Source of the DNA: Amphiscolops sp. MND2022
Taxonomy: Eukaryota
Assembly: GCA_964187785.1 (NCBI GenBank)
Contig: OZ076411.1
Span: forward strand, 24,614,001-24,678,000
Reading direction: 5' to 3'
Length of the DNA stretch: 64,000 nt
The notes beneath the pieces are model-generated. The model was not told the origin of the DNA and ran no database searches. It was given only the letters and a program-made list of their open reading frames with translations. A program made the translations under genes and the position numbers. Of the stretch, positions 37,441-49,571 are shown piece after piece (positions within the stretch are counted from its first letter, which is position 1; every line of letters starts with the position of its first letter).

Positions 37441-39080
37441 TGTCGCAGGCGGCCGCCTGCGATGGCAACCTGTATACCATAGACCACAGTCTGCCAATTG
37501 CCCTACCCGGAACATTACCTTTATAACTACAAGGATAAATAACTTTGAGAACATTATTTCATTTAATATTTGCAACACATGTAAACCAATTTATGTATTT
37601 TATTTGTAATATGATTGATGTTTGACAGCAAGCTATACTGACAGGCAGAAAGGAAACGAGTTCAAATGTTTGCCTGTTAAGTATAGCTAGCATAGCCGCG
37701 CACGGCATATTAGCCAATCATAGCTCATCTTGTTTTATTTGTAGTTGTAGTAATGCATTCACTTATTAATCAGAATGGACCGTCACGGTCACTTGGCCTA
37801 AGCGGACTAATTGCATTTTGTTGCTATACTGAGTTGCTGTTAAATAAATAGAACAAAGCGGATGCTGTCTTAATGGCTGAACGGCCTTACTTGTCCAAAT
37901 GTCGCTAGTGCTACTGCTAGAGAAATAAGGCCCTATGCGGCCAGCGGACTAAATGAGTATTCTCATTTGTTAATATGATGAAATCGATGCTATTATTGAT
38001 ATGTTAATGAAATACGTGTTATGTATTACTGAGTGTTCAACCTCATGTAAACGTTAATATGTAGTGTTACTTCCCCTGTTTAATATGATAATATGGGGTT
38101 AAATGGTTCCTCGCAACAATAGACCGTGTAGGACCGCCATGAATCATTTTGCATGTAAAACTGTTGCTTACATGAATTTGTATATCTGAACATTTTGACC
38201 TATATGCAACGTGGCCCTGTTAGGCGCTTTGATTTAGCCGCCTATATAGGTCCACACTGACGTCATGTAGCTATTTATAGTTCTGATGTATCTATTTTTA
38301 GCCTGTGTGCTATTTTTAGCAGCATGATCATCAGAATTGCGGACGTCATGCTGTCTTGAGTATATATATATGCCCAAGTTAGCCCACAATTTCAATGATT
38401 GATACGATACGGTTATTATTCAGCTATTCTTTTACTGAGAGTACAAGATTCACTGTAAACCCAACAAACATTGTCCACAGGAACAATTTACTTATTTTCT
38501 CCTGGAAAGATATTTTCAATGCCGTCTACAAGAAAACAAAAGGCTAACGCCAGGAGGTCGAGAGAGTTAGACATGTTGTCCGACTACGGTAACATGGACG
38601 TGATGCTAGGCGAAGGTAATTCTAACTCTATAGAAAGAGAGCTAGATAGTCTCATTAATGTCCCTGAAGGGCCGCAAGACTTCAGGTCATTTCCTAAAAG
38701 GGAAAATTCATCTCAAGAAAATGAGATTAGAGATATTGATAACAGAAACGAACCAGTTAGAGAAAGAAGACTAATAGAATCAATTATTATGTTGTCTGGA
38801 GAAATGAATGCTAGAATGTCTCGTGAAATGGAAACAATGATGGATTTAATGCAATCACAAATCAGTAGCGCTATTAGCTCTGCCATAAGTGAAAGGATTA
38901 TTCCTGAGATACAGAACATGGTGGAAAACTTGCCTTTGAGTCAACCTGGCGCCGGACCGTGTATGTCCTCAAATGAGGATGGAATGAGAAATGTATGGAA
39001 AAGCTCAAATACGAAATTAACAAAGAAGGACTCAAGGTCTGCATGCGATCTGAGGGACCATGTGGACCCTGTTCCTTACA
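37441..39080 (+). repeat. 5' LTR (1640 bp), includes the first ~187 codons of gag
   Basis: TGTCGCAGG...GTTCCTTACA. About 11 substitutions and one TA indel (hand count) relative to 52552-54189. Confidence 0.95.
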
Positions 39081-40222
39081 TGGTGACAGGAGCTAACGAA
39101 CCCCAACAGCACATTCCTGAATTCCTCACAGGACGAATTTACTCCCAGCCCGACCTTCAGAGACAAGAATCCGCGCATGATACAACCCTCGACACAACCC
39201 TACCAGTGGCGGAGCCAGTTACAGCCCAACTGTCGCAAGACCCCATCAACCGATTGGCAGATGTCCTGGTAAATCTCCAGAACAAACCACAGTCGATGAC
39301 AATTCGACCAGTCACGACGAACCCTATGACATTTGACGGCAAAACAGAGAAATTCGAATTGTTTGAAGATTTATTTCATACAATGATAAAAATGCAACCC
39401 GCTATGACTGAACAAATGAAAATAAATCATTTTCATTCATTGCTCAGAAAAGGGGCCCTGCAAACCTTCCGAAATATAAACTCTATAAACCGTCAAACAC
39501 TGGAAGACGTACTTGTCATTTTTCGCCGCAAGTACGTTAAACCAGAGTCCCAAGCCACAGCCAAGCACAAGTGGCACAGACTCATTTTCGATCCCAACAC
39601 GATGAAACTACCCGATTTTCTCGAAGAACTCAATCAGGGTGCCGAGAAAGCCTTCGGGGAGAACGCCAAGAGTATGATCGATAGCCTCTTATATGCTAAA
39701 TTACCCCCAAAACTCAAAAGATCGGTGAATATGGCCCGACTGGAAAACGGGACCTACGAGGAGATTGTGGCACATTTAGAAAGAGAACTCGAATTAAACG
39801 CATTAGAAGAATCTGATGACTTGCCAATAGCTACAATGGCTTCATCGTCAGGAAAAGCACGAAATCTACTATCCAATGGCATCGACACCAACAAGAATAA
39901 CAAATGCTCATACTGCAAGGCTGAAGACCATTTCTGGAAGAATTGCCCAAAACTGAAAAAGAAGAAAGAATCAGAGGCCAAGAATGGCAAGAAGCCTCAA
40001 CGCCAAACTTACCCAGAATGTCCCACCTGCAGCAAAACCAATCATCCAGCAGAGAAATGTTGGCGCGGTGCTGGGGCCCACCTTCGTCCAAAACGAAATA
40101 GACAGGACTCCTCAAAAGACACGGAGCCCTCAGAGGACGAAGGCACTCGTACCAAAAACGAAAAACCCACCACATCCACATCAAACCAGTCCAATTTAAA
40201 AAAGACTGATTCAAAAAACTAA
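38519..40222 (+). CDS. gag: Gag polyprotein (567 aa from the first ATG)
   Basis: Intact ORF with capsid-like MTFDGKTEKFELFEDLF region and two CCHC knuckles, CSYCKAEDHFWKNC and CPTCSKTNHPAEKC. Confidence 0.93.
   Translation: MPSTRKQKANARRSRELDMLSDYGNMDVMLGEGNSNSIERELDSLINVPEGPQDFRSFPKRENSSQENEIRDIDNRNEPVRERRLIESIIMLSGEMNARMSREMETMMDLMQSQISSAISSAISERIIPEIQNMVENLPLSQPGAGPCMSSNEDGMRNVWKSSNTKLTKKDSRSACDLRDHVDPVPYMVTGANEPQQHIPEFLTGRIYSQPDLQRQESAHDTTLDTTLPVAEPVTAQLSQDPINRLADVLVNLQNKPQSMTIRPVTTNPMTFDGKTEKFELFEDLFHTMIKMQPAMTEQMKINHFHSLLRKGALQTFRNINSINRQTLEDVLVIFRRKYVKPESQATAKHKWHRLIFDPNTMKLPDFLEELNQGAEKAFGENAKSMIDSLLYAKLPPKLKRSVNMARLENGTYEEIVAHLERELELNALEESDDLPIATMASSSGKARNLLSNGIDTNKNNKCSYCKAEDHFWKNCPKLKKKKESEAKNGKKPQRQTYPECPTCSKTNHPAEKCWRGAGAHLRPKRNRQDSSKDTEPSEDEGTRTKNEKPTTSTSNQSNLKKTDSKN
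39081..39092 (+). promoter_or_regulatory. Primer-binding site, tRNA-Leu-like
   Basis: TGGTGACAGGAG immediately follows the LTR and matches the typical tRNA-Leu PBS TGGTGTCAGGAG at 11/12. It is also coding (M-V-T-G in gag). Confidence 0.75.
40213..40219 (+). promoter_or_regulatory. -1 ribosomal frameshift heptamer A AAA AAC
   Basis: Canonical X XXY YYZ motif in the gag frame directly before the TAA. A -1 slip gives KKLILPRLQICDR, the pol frame, which has no early ATG of its own. Confidence 0.85.
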
Positions 40223-40224
40223 TT

Positions 40225-43200
40225 TTGCCACGACTCCAAATATGTGACCGAATGTCGATACGACAATACGTCATATCAGACCCTGCTAACATTACCTACA
40301 AGCAATCACAAAATGACATCAATGGGACTCCATCGACTGTCTGGCAGCAGCAGATGGAGGAAGCATATACTGAAACTCAATATATCACAAATAGTGACCA
40401 CCCATACTTATACCGACGTAATAGCCACACGAAAGACTCTGAAACCCAATTCCGACCCTTACAAACTGTCGAAGACTATAACCCTCACTACTATGACCCT
40501 GAGTACGGCAGAGACCCGTACTGGGACGATGACATATACGACAAACAGAACTTACAATTCCGAAACGATGATTACCCTCCTACGGACGATGAAGATGATC
40601 CTGAGATTCTAGATAACGCACTGTCCCGGGCACTCATCGAACTGTGGCAACCAAATTTTGAGGCAATCAATGATCAGCCTCATGCAATAGAGACACAGGC
40701 CGCATCCGGCCTCCTAGATGAGACGGCCTTCATACATGTCCTTGTAAACAAAGAGGGAGAACCGGCATACATACCCCTATCAACGAACCTCGGACTTAAA
40801 TACAAAAAACGGATGCTATATTTCCCAATGGACTTTGGGGAATTGACCATAGACGGACTTATCGACACTGGAGCTCTGTCAAGTGCAATACCAGAAGCAG
40901 ACCTCAGGAAAATACGCTTACTAGCGCCTCAATCCATAGTCAAAGAGGGACCTGCGCCAACATTCCAAATCATGGTCGCAAATGGTCAATTAGAAACCCC
41001 AAAGAGCACTGTTGAACTCAAGTTCGAAGTTGGAGACATTGAATTCCACGAAATCTTTATAGTGATGGAAAAACTGACCGGCCCCATTATAGGACTAATG
41101 TTCCTTCAAAGGAATCACACAGTCCTGGACATGCGACAAGGCATCCTTAACTTTCCCTATTTCTCTATGCAACTTAAAACGGCTGACCACAAATATTCAA
41201 ACGTCTTGGAACCTATACTTAACCCAGACGATGTTACAATACCACCCAATGACCGTACTGTAGTAGAGATCAAATCTCAGATATATAATGAAAATTCGGT
41301 CACAGGGGTGTTACAACCCAGTGATCTTCTCCACGAGGAGAGCGACATCACATTTTGTGCCGCAATAGTCACGTTGACTAATGGAAACGTCAGCGTTCAT
41401 ATTAACAATTTCTCAGACCAACCTTACAAGCTCAAAAAGGGACTACACATAGCGAATTTTTCAGTACTAACGCCGGAACAGATGAAACACGTTAAACCAA
41501 TAGACCCGGTGTCCACTTGGCATCTTCTCAACGAAAATGAAGAAGACGCGATCTATTACGTGAGTAGTCTACTTAAGGCTAACAGAAACAATGACCAATA
41601 CGAACAGTACTGGTTTCCAACCCCAGAGAATCCAGGGGACGAAGATTCCCACACTCCCATCCAACGACGAATTCTCCAGGAATTACGCAATCTACAAGAA
41701 GTTGAACAGCTGGACCCTCAAAACGATGAGGAGTCACGACATAAATTTCTTAGCAACTTTGACTGGAAGGACTCGATGCTACAACAGCACGAAATTAAAA
41801 AGATTGAATCGCTCCTAGTTGAATACCATGATATATTCGCCAGACACAGATTTCACATCGGGATGAATGAAAAATTCACGGTCAAACTAACCCCCAAGGA
41901 CGATTCGCCCGCATATAGCCAAAATCTACCCACCCCAGTCAACTTAAAAGAGGACATCCTCGTTGAACTGGCCCTTTTACACAAATATGGCATCATAACT
42001 ACACTGCCATTTTCTAAATATGCCAGTCCCAGATTCGCACAGAAGAAGCCGAATGGGAAACTGAGACTTTTGGTCGACCTAAGGAAAATCAATAACCTTA
42101 TTTCGGACGACTACATAAACAACAATCATCCAGTTAGCACATTGACGGACGCCGCACAGCATATGGCAGGAAAAAAATTATTCTGTAAACTTGACTGTTC
42201 ACAGGCGTACCATTGCCTTCCAATGGCGGACCAAAGGTCCATCGAGATGCTTGCGTTCAACTTTGCGAGCCGCACTTTCGCCTACAGAAGACTTGCCCAG
42301 GGCCTTAGCAGAGCATTATCAGCATTTTCAAGCTTTATGCGAGAAAACCTTGATAAAGTTATTAAAGCAGATCAATGTGCCCAATATGTCGATGACATCG
42401 GCATAGCTGCCAACGACGCCGATCATCTCATCAAAATTTTGAAAGCAACGTTCGAATGTATCAGACCTTAAGCTAACAATGCACAAATGCCATTTTGGGG
42501 CGACAGAAACTGACTTCCTAGGAAGAACAATTACTCCCGAAGGAGTCAAACCACAAAAGGAACAAATAACAACCTTTCTGGAAAAGACCAAATTCCCCAA
42601 ATCCAAAAAAGCCCTGCAGAGATACCTTGGTTTCCTCAACTATTACAGGAACTTTATACCAAGATTATCTGAGAAACTAGCCCCCTTCTTCCAACTCCTC
42701 AAAAAGGACGAGAAGGTACTCGTGACCACGGAGCTAGTACAACAATTCAACGAAATTAATCGAGATCTTGACAAATGTAGCCAATTGGCCCTGAAGCAAC
42801 CTCTCCCAAACAAACAGCTAGTCCTGATGACAGAACCTAGCTTTACAGCGGCAGGCTACGCGATACTTACCGAAGACCACCCAAATCAAAAATTCACTTC
42901 TGTCAAAAAATCGTATGCTCCAATAGCATATGGATCAAAGACGTTCACCCCATCACAACTCAAAATGTCCATATACGCCAAAGAATTCTTAGCTATATAT
43001 TATGCATTCAAAGAATTTGGACACATATTCTGGGGAACACCCAAACCGACCACCATCCTCACGGACAACAAATCGGTAACGGGGTTTTTCCAAACGAAAA
43101 TAATACCTCCAGCGCTATGGAACGCGTGTGACTACGTTTTACAATTCAATTTTATCATTGCCCACATTCCTGGCAAAAACAATACCGCGGCGGACTATTT

Positions 43201-45415
43201 ATCTCGAATGGAAATGGATCCTAAAGAAAAATTAGTCCTGAAAATCCGCGAAGATGTGGAAACACGGCCCATTGAGGTAAATGTCCAATCAGCTGGCGTA
43301 TCAGAAGAGGAGCAAATTTTCTTCACAGAGGATGATGGTGAAACAGAAGCCCAAATTTGGGAACGCAAAAAACAAAGCCGTACCAATCCAACCGACCAGG
43401 AGGTCGTAATCCAGATAGACGCAATAACTGAAAATATAGTTGATGAAATTACAAACTTTACACAAAAGTTGCGCCGAACGAATCAAATACTGCTCGAACA
43501 GTCTAAAGACCCTACTTTGCAACAACTCAAAGCAAAAATACAGAACGAAGATTATTCTGAAGAAATTCTCCAACAGGACATTCGATACAAACACTATCTC
43601 AACAATTTGGACCGAATAGTCCTTAAAGACAAAATAGTCACGCGACAGTACTATGATGAAACTGGACAAATCAAACACCACCAAATTCTCTTACCAAAAC
43701 ACCTATTGAAAGAACTTTTAAACGCATTGCACGGCACCGCGCACAAGCATCCCGGCATATCAAAAATGCTACAGGAAAATCGTCAGAAATACTATTACCC
43801 AGGTATAGCAAAACACGTCAAAAAATGGGTAGAGGGATGTGAAACTTGTGCAAGGGACAAACGTGTTCCAAACAACACAATCACCCCTGAGTTGCTCAAC
43901 TTGCCTGAATGGGACCTCGGACCGGAGGATGCAATGCAAATTGATTTATTACCAAATCTACCAACAAGTGGAGGCTACCAAACCGTGATGACAGCGATAG
44001 GTGTTTTCTCAAGATACCTGTTTGCCTACCCGTTAGTAGAAGCTACCGCTTCAAACACAGCAAAAGTTCTGATTGACATCATGACAAAACATACATATCT
44101 GCCGACAACAATCATCACTGACAAAGGAACTGCTTTCACGTCAAAAAATATCGCAGAAATAACCGAAATTCTCGGAATTACACTAAGATGTGCAACGACT
44201 AAACACCCGCAAACAATCGGCAAACTAGAGAGGACACACGCCTCTTTAAAGACTAATTTGAAGATGGCCTCAGGGGAATATCGCCGGCAATGGCATAAAT
44301 ACCTACCACTGGCAGTACTCAATTACAATACCACCTACCACTCCAGTATTGGTTGTGAGCCAAGTAAGGTCTTCCACGGACGAATTCCCTACAACGTCCT
44401 AGATCATAAACTTGGAAATAATCCTAATAAAGATTTCTTGCCTACTACGGAATTTGCGGAAGAATTACAACAGAGAACACAAATTCTCATTGACAAAACG
44501 AAGCAAAATATCATGCAGTCATACTTGAAATACAAGGAATACTATGACCGGAAGGCCAAGGCAGCTCCCCTTAGTGAACAAGATTTTTGCTTTATTCTGC
44601 AACCCAAAGCAGATAATCAAGGATCAAAAATACCCTTTAGGGAGTACCGCTGGATCGGTCCCTACAGAATTGAAAAGGTATTACCTAATGACAATTACAT
44701 TGTTAGACGGTTAAATACAAATAAAACACAGATATTACACCGGATTCGTCTGAAAAAATTTGTTCCAAACACACCCTTAGAGGACAAATATTCCAAAGAG
44801 AAATTGCAACCAGATGAAGAAATAATCATTCCGCAAGATGATTTATATACCATCTCTTGGGAAGCAGACTTTGATTACCAAGTCTTCGGGCCGAGACGGG
44901 ACGATAACACGAATGAAGAATTACAAATTGACAACGACGCTAGTACTACTACTCGTGATTACGTCATTGATGAAGACGCTGATCACAACGCAAGAAGGCC
45001 GGGAACGGCCACCAGTCGAGACAGCACAATTACGCGAGACGCAAATGACGTCACCGAAGGGAATGAAAATGAAGCAAGACCGAGTACGGCAAATAACCGA
45101 GACGCGCGTACATTGAATGACGATGATGACGTCAATGACAATACTGCAAACGACAAAAGAAACAGTGAAAATGAAAGGCCGAGTACGGCCACAAGCCGAG
45201 ATAACCAAACTTATGGCGACACGCCTACTGAATTGCACAATGAAATTGATGATAGTACTAAACGTTCTCCTAAAAGAGGGGAGGATGATCCCGTGCCCGG
45301 AATATCGGATGATGAAAGAAATGAAAAAATAGAAGGAAATTCAAGCCCTAGAGAAGGGAAATATAATCTTCGACCTAACCCCACCCCCAACTATACTGAC
45401 GAATACAGATACTAG
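40225..45415 (+). pseudogene. pol: Pol (protease, dUTPase-like spacer, RT, RNase H, integrase) broken by one frameshift at ~42470
   Basis: LIDTGA, LRLLVDLRKIN, YVDD, LMTEPSF (expected TDAS), HGTAHKH...CETC, integrase MQIDLL / ITDKGTAF / GKLERTH. Split into ORFs 40225-42471 and 42479-45415, apparently by a small deletion in ECIR-[KAG]-LKLTMHKC. Confidence 0.93.
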
Positions 45416-46750
45416 TCAGAAATGTTAAATTATGTCCCTATTTATTTTACTGCCCAAGAAGGCATGTTCTTTACTGGGACTACTCTGACTTTTGACTCAA
45501 AAGAAACTAACTATATAAATACAGAGACAAGAAACAGAACTCAAATTTACAAATAAAAAGTCTACAATGGCAAATGTACAATATGTAGATTTAGTCTTTA
45601 GAGCTACCTTCTTTTGGATTTTCTTCGGCCTTTGAAGTTTCAGTGGGAATTATACTTCCAAAGAAAGCGGGCTTCTGAGAACTCCCAGATTCACGAACAA
45701 CTTTATGGCCTGCTGTGGATGAAACTGAAGAGCAACGTGAAGGGCCGGCAATTACCTTGACAGGAGTAGGCTTGAGGCCTTTAAAAGTCGTCATTAAACT
45801 CTTCTGAAAGGCTGAACGCCCAAAAGCATCCACGTGCGTCCAGGGATCCCCTGCGAACTGACCAGAACTAAACTGACTATCCATTTCGCGAAATTTGGCA
45901 ATGGAACTCTCGGAGGTGCAGTAGCTGACGGACTGAGAACAATTGGCCAAATAAGACAGAGCCGGTAAGAGCATATCTGTGAAACGGCATTTGGGCTTGG
46001 ACGTATCCACTTCATGGAATTTAATAGCTGGAAGTTCAGTACCACTCTCAGTAAGGCAGAGGCAACTAAGCCGAAATAAGTGAAACAAACTTTTGCGACT
46101 GCGTAAGGCAGGAAGGGCAACGAGAAAACCGACCATATCTTTCATTTGGCCGGGCACGTCCTTAAGCTGAGGGAAATTAGCTCGAAAGTGATCCACGAAT
46201 TCCATGTATTCGTCTCGATAATCAGCCTCTGAAGAACGCTGTACCCATCCGCGAAGGGCAAAGGTCTGGAAAAGGGCTCCAAAACAGAACGTCACTTGCT
46301 CCATTGACAGGGAAACCAGAGTGTGGGGATCAAAGCAAGCCAAGCCGTGGACAATGTCAGCTGTAAGATGGACGTCACGAAGTATTGTCTCGAGCAAAAA
46401 GACGAAGTACCCTCTGGCATTCGTCGCAAAATTATCCCTTTCGGCAACTAGCAGACAACTAAATTCATTGGCACTAATGTTAGGGTCACTGCGAGACTGA
46501 CGGATTTTGGCCTTGCAAACGAGGTCGATGTCGGTGACAAGCTTCAGCCGGTGCAGGAAATCTCGGCAAGATAATAACTTTAAATCATCAGGGCACAAAT
46601 AAAGCATTCCAGTCCAATCCATGTCGCCAGGGATACACTTAGGAAGGACGGCCCGTGAACAAAGTTTTCGTAGGAAGCGACAAAATTGTCCGAAAGTGAA
46701 GAAGGATGCATCGGCTTGCCCAGACAGACTGCGTTCGAAGCACTTGACGT

Positions 46751-46814
46751 CTAAACACCACATATATAGCGGGGAATCAGAGGAAAAGAGAAATGACCAA
46801 AAGGTCATACTTAC
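46751..46814 (-). other. Spliceosomal intron 3 (64 nt)
   Basis: GTAAGT...pyrimidine-rich...GTTTAG, phase 1. Joins EIFGLIVRD-Y to VKCFERSL in the 409-aa ORF frame. Confidence 0.7.
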
Positions 46815-47203
46815 AATCACGGACTATGAGACCGAAGATCTCCAACTTGATAGTGAAGTATTCATCCATCAGAATCATCCACTCAAGACTTTGTGGCTGA
46901 AAAGGTCTATGGATAAATCCTCGGAGTGAAAGTTCAAATAACGCTTAGGGAACTACTATTCTTGAAACCATAAACGGAATTTTGACCAGGAGGTGGAAGA
47001 CAAAACCATAATGTTCACGCTCAACATTAGCTGTAAAAGCCTAATCAACTGAACAATAGGAAACTCACCCTGCCTCGAACTCCCTGTCCGGATTGGGAAG
47101 GTGCATCTTTAGTCATGAAGTCACGAATGTTTGGCCACTGTGCAACAATTTCCCCACATAAGGCTGGAATGGTTTGCAGATTCAGATCACATGTAGTAAT
47201 GGC

Positions 47204-47317
47204 CTGAAAAATACACAATCATTGCCTGTATGCAACTCTGACGTTACCCATCCCTCACTCCTTCACTTGTACAACCAGTTGTTCAGTGCTTAGAAGATAA
47301 GATGAGAAGAAACTAAC
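47204..47317 (-). other. Spliceosomal intron 2 (114 nt)
   Basis: GTTAGT...TATTTTTCAG, contains two in-frame TGA. Joins CPNLST to AITTCDLNLQ. Confidence 0.65.
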
Positions 47318-47435
47318 CGTCGAGAGATTGGGGCAGTCTAACATCCAAGTTTGGCTAAGACCGTTGACGAGGAAAACGGTTAAGTACTTGACTTGAGAGA
47401 AGATATCGATCTTTCCAAAGAAACATTCGTACTTC

Positions 47436-49571
47436 TGATGCATGAGTTTTGGCAATGAAAGCACCTCGAATCTGAAGGGATATTGCAGGGAGAACTTGAA
47501 AAGGTCACTTCGGTCAAGGGTTTGCAACACGGCGGAAGGACAGCCGGACACGCTGACTAAGTTAGGCCCGACGGAGACGAAGGACAGCAATCGTGAAATG
47601 GAACCGAAGAAGTTCCCAGGGTACGAGGAAGCCAGTGGGTGTCTGCACAGCTCTATCCGCTGGATGACATCCTCCCGCCAGAAACGTACGGCCATGTAAC
47701 AGAAGCCTTTGCGGTTCGTAAACTCCAGAGAGTAAATGCCTTCTGTGGTGATCTGTCCTGCTATATCTTCAGTGCAACGTAAGAAGACGTGATGGAAGAT
47801 TTTCTGGAAACAAAATTAATATTGTTAGCACGGAACTTCCAAAAGGGTCACTCTGGCCAGGGAGTTAATGTAATACTTACAGTGAGGTTGTCAGATCTCC
47901 AATCGAAATCGGAGAAGAACCCTTGGTGGCTAGTGAAGGTTCCGAATTGTGTCCACAGATTTCTCAGTAGGGCTAAATCACCTCCGTGTGGGGCAAGGAG
48001 CCCGATCAAGGAAATTTGGGTAGTCATTCGGAGTTCATCTGGACTGGATGTTCCTCCCATTGTTGCAACGTAATCGTCGTAAAATGGAAACTTGTCTCCA
48101 ATATCGACGAGGGGGGCATCAATAAAAAAACTCTTCTCTTTCTCCAGTTGTAGAGGAGTAAGTATTTAATCGTCCTTCCCTCGGACTTGGTGGGTCACCT
48201 TGCCAGTTGTAGCATCTATTTCTCTGAGGTGTTCATACCTCCATTTTTGGTCACGTCGCAGGTGGCCTTGAGTCTTGTAATGGCGAAGGTTCTCTCGGGC
48301 GCCTTTAGAATATATTGATATGTTTGTTTTACATATCTGGCAATAGAATTTGTAACGATTATGTAAGGGATCGAGGGGTCCTGAGACAAAAAGCCTTGTC
48401 CATTGGATGCCTTTAAAGTAGGCATCCTTCATGACTTTGCCTGGTTTGCAAAGCATTCTCCTCCGCTTACGAGGAGGACTAGAATCTGCCCCAACGGGGG
48501 CTTGATGCATGAGTTTTGGCAATGAAAGCACCTCGAATCTGAAGGGATATTGCAGGGAGAACTTGAAAAGGTCACTTCGGTCAAGGGTTTGCAACACGGC
48601 GGAAGGACAGCCGGACACGCTGACTAAGTTAGGCCCGACGGAGACGAAGGACAGCAATCGTGAAATGGAACCGAAGAAGTTCCCAGGGTACGAGGAAGCC
48701 AGTGGGTGTCTGCACAGCTCTATCCGCTGGATGACATCCTCCCGCCAGAAACGTACGGCCATGTAACAGAAGCCTTTGCGGTTCGTAAACTCCAGAGAGT
48801 AAATGCCTTCTGTGGTGATCTGTCCTGCTATATCTTCAGTGCAACGTAAGAAGACGTGATGGAAGATTTTCTGGAAACAAAATTAATATTGTTAGCACGG
48901 AACTTCCAAAAGGGTCACTCTGGCCAGGGAGTTAATGTAATACTTACAGTGAGGTTGTCAGATCTCCAATCGAAATCGGAGAAGAACCCTTGGTGGCTAG
49001 TGAAGGTTCCGAATTGTGTCCACAGATTTCTCAGTAGGGCTAAATCACCTCCGTGTGGGGCAAGGAGCCCGATCAAGGAAATTTGGGTAGTCATTCGGAG
49101 TTCATCTGGACTGGATGTTCCTCCCATTGTTGCAACGTAATCGTCGTAAAATGGAAACTTGTCTCCAATATCGACGAGGGGGGCATCAATAAAAAAACTC
49201 TTCTCTTTCTCCAGTTGTAGAGGAGTAAGTATTTAATCGTCCTTCCCTCGGACTTGGTGGGTCACCTTGCCAGTTGTAGCATCTATTTCTCTGAGGTGTT
49301 CATACCTCCATTTTTGGTCACGTCGCAGGTGGCCTTGAGTCTTGTAATGGCGAAGGATCTCTCGGGCGCCTTTAGAATATATTGATATGTTTGTTTTACA
49401 TATCTGGCAATAGAATTTGTAACGATTATGTAAGGGATCGAGGGGTCCTGAGACAAAAAGCCTTGTCCATTGGATGCCTTTAAAGTAGGCATCCTTCATG
49501 ACTTTGCCTGGTTTGCAAAGCATTCTCCTCCGCTTACGAGGAGGACTAGAATCTGCCCCAACGGGGGCTTG
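47436..49571. repeat. 1067-bp tandem duplication inside the antisense gene (47436-48502 / 48503-49569)
   Basis: Duplicate ORFs offset by exactly 1067 (47442/48509, 47789/48856, 48166/49233). TG microhomology. At least one substitution (ARENLRH vs AREILRH). Confidence 0.95.
48871..48947 (-). other. Spliceosomal intron 1 (77 nt; duplicate at 47804-47880)
   Basis: GTAAGT...GCTAACA(branch)...TTTTGTTTCCAG, phase 0/0. Joins ...SDNLT to KIFHHVFLRC...YMAVRFW in frame. Confidence 0.8.

Noticed and set aside
37233-37487. 84-aa minus-strand ORF as a host gene
   Set aside because: It is a chimera across the LTR/flank junction, with its start inside the LTR.
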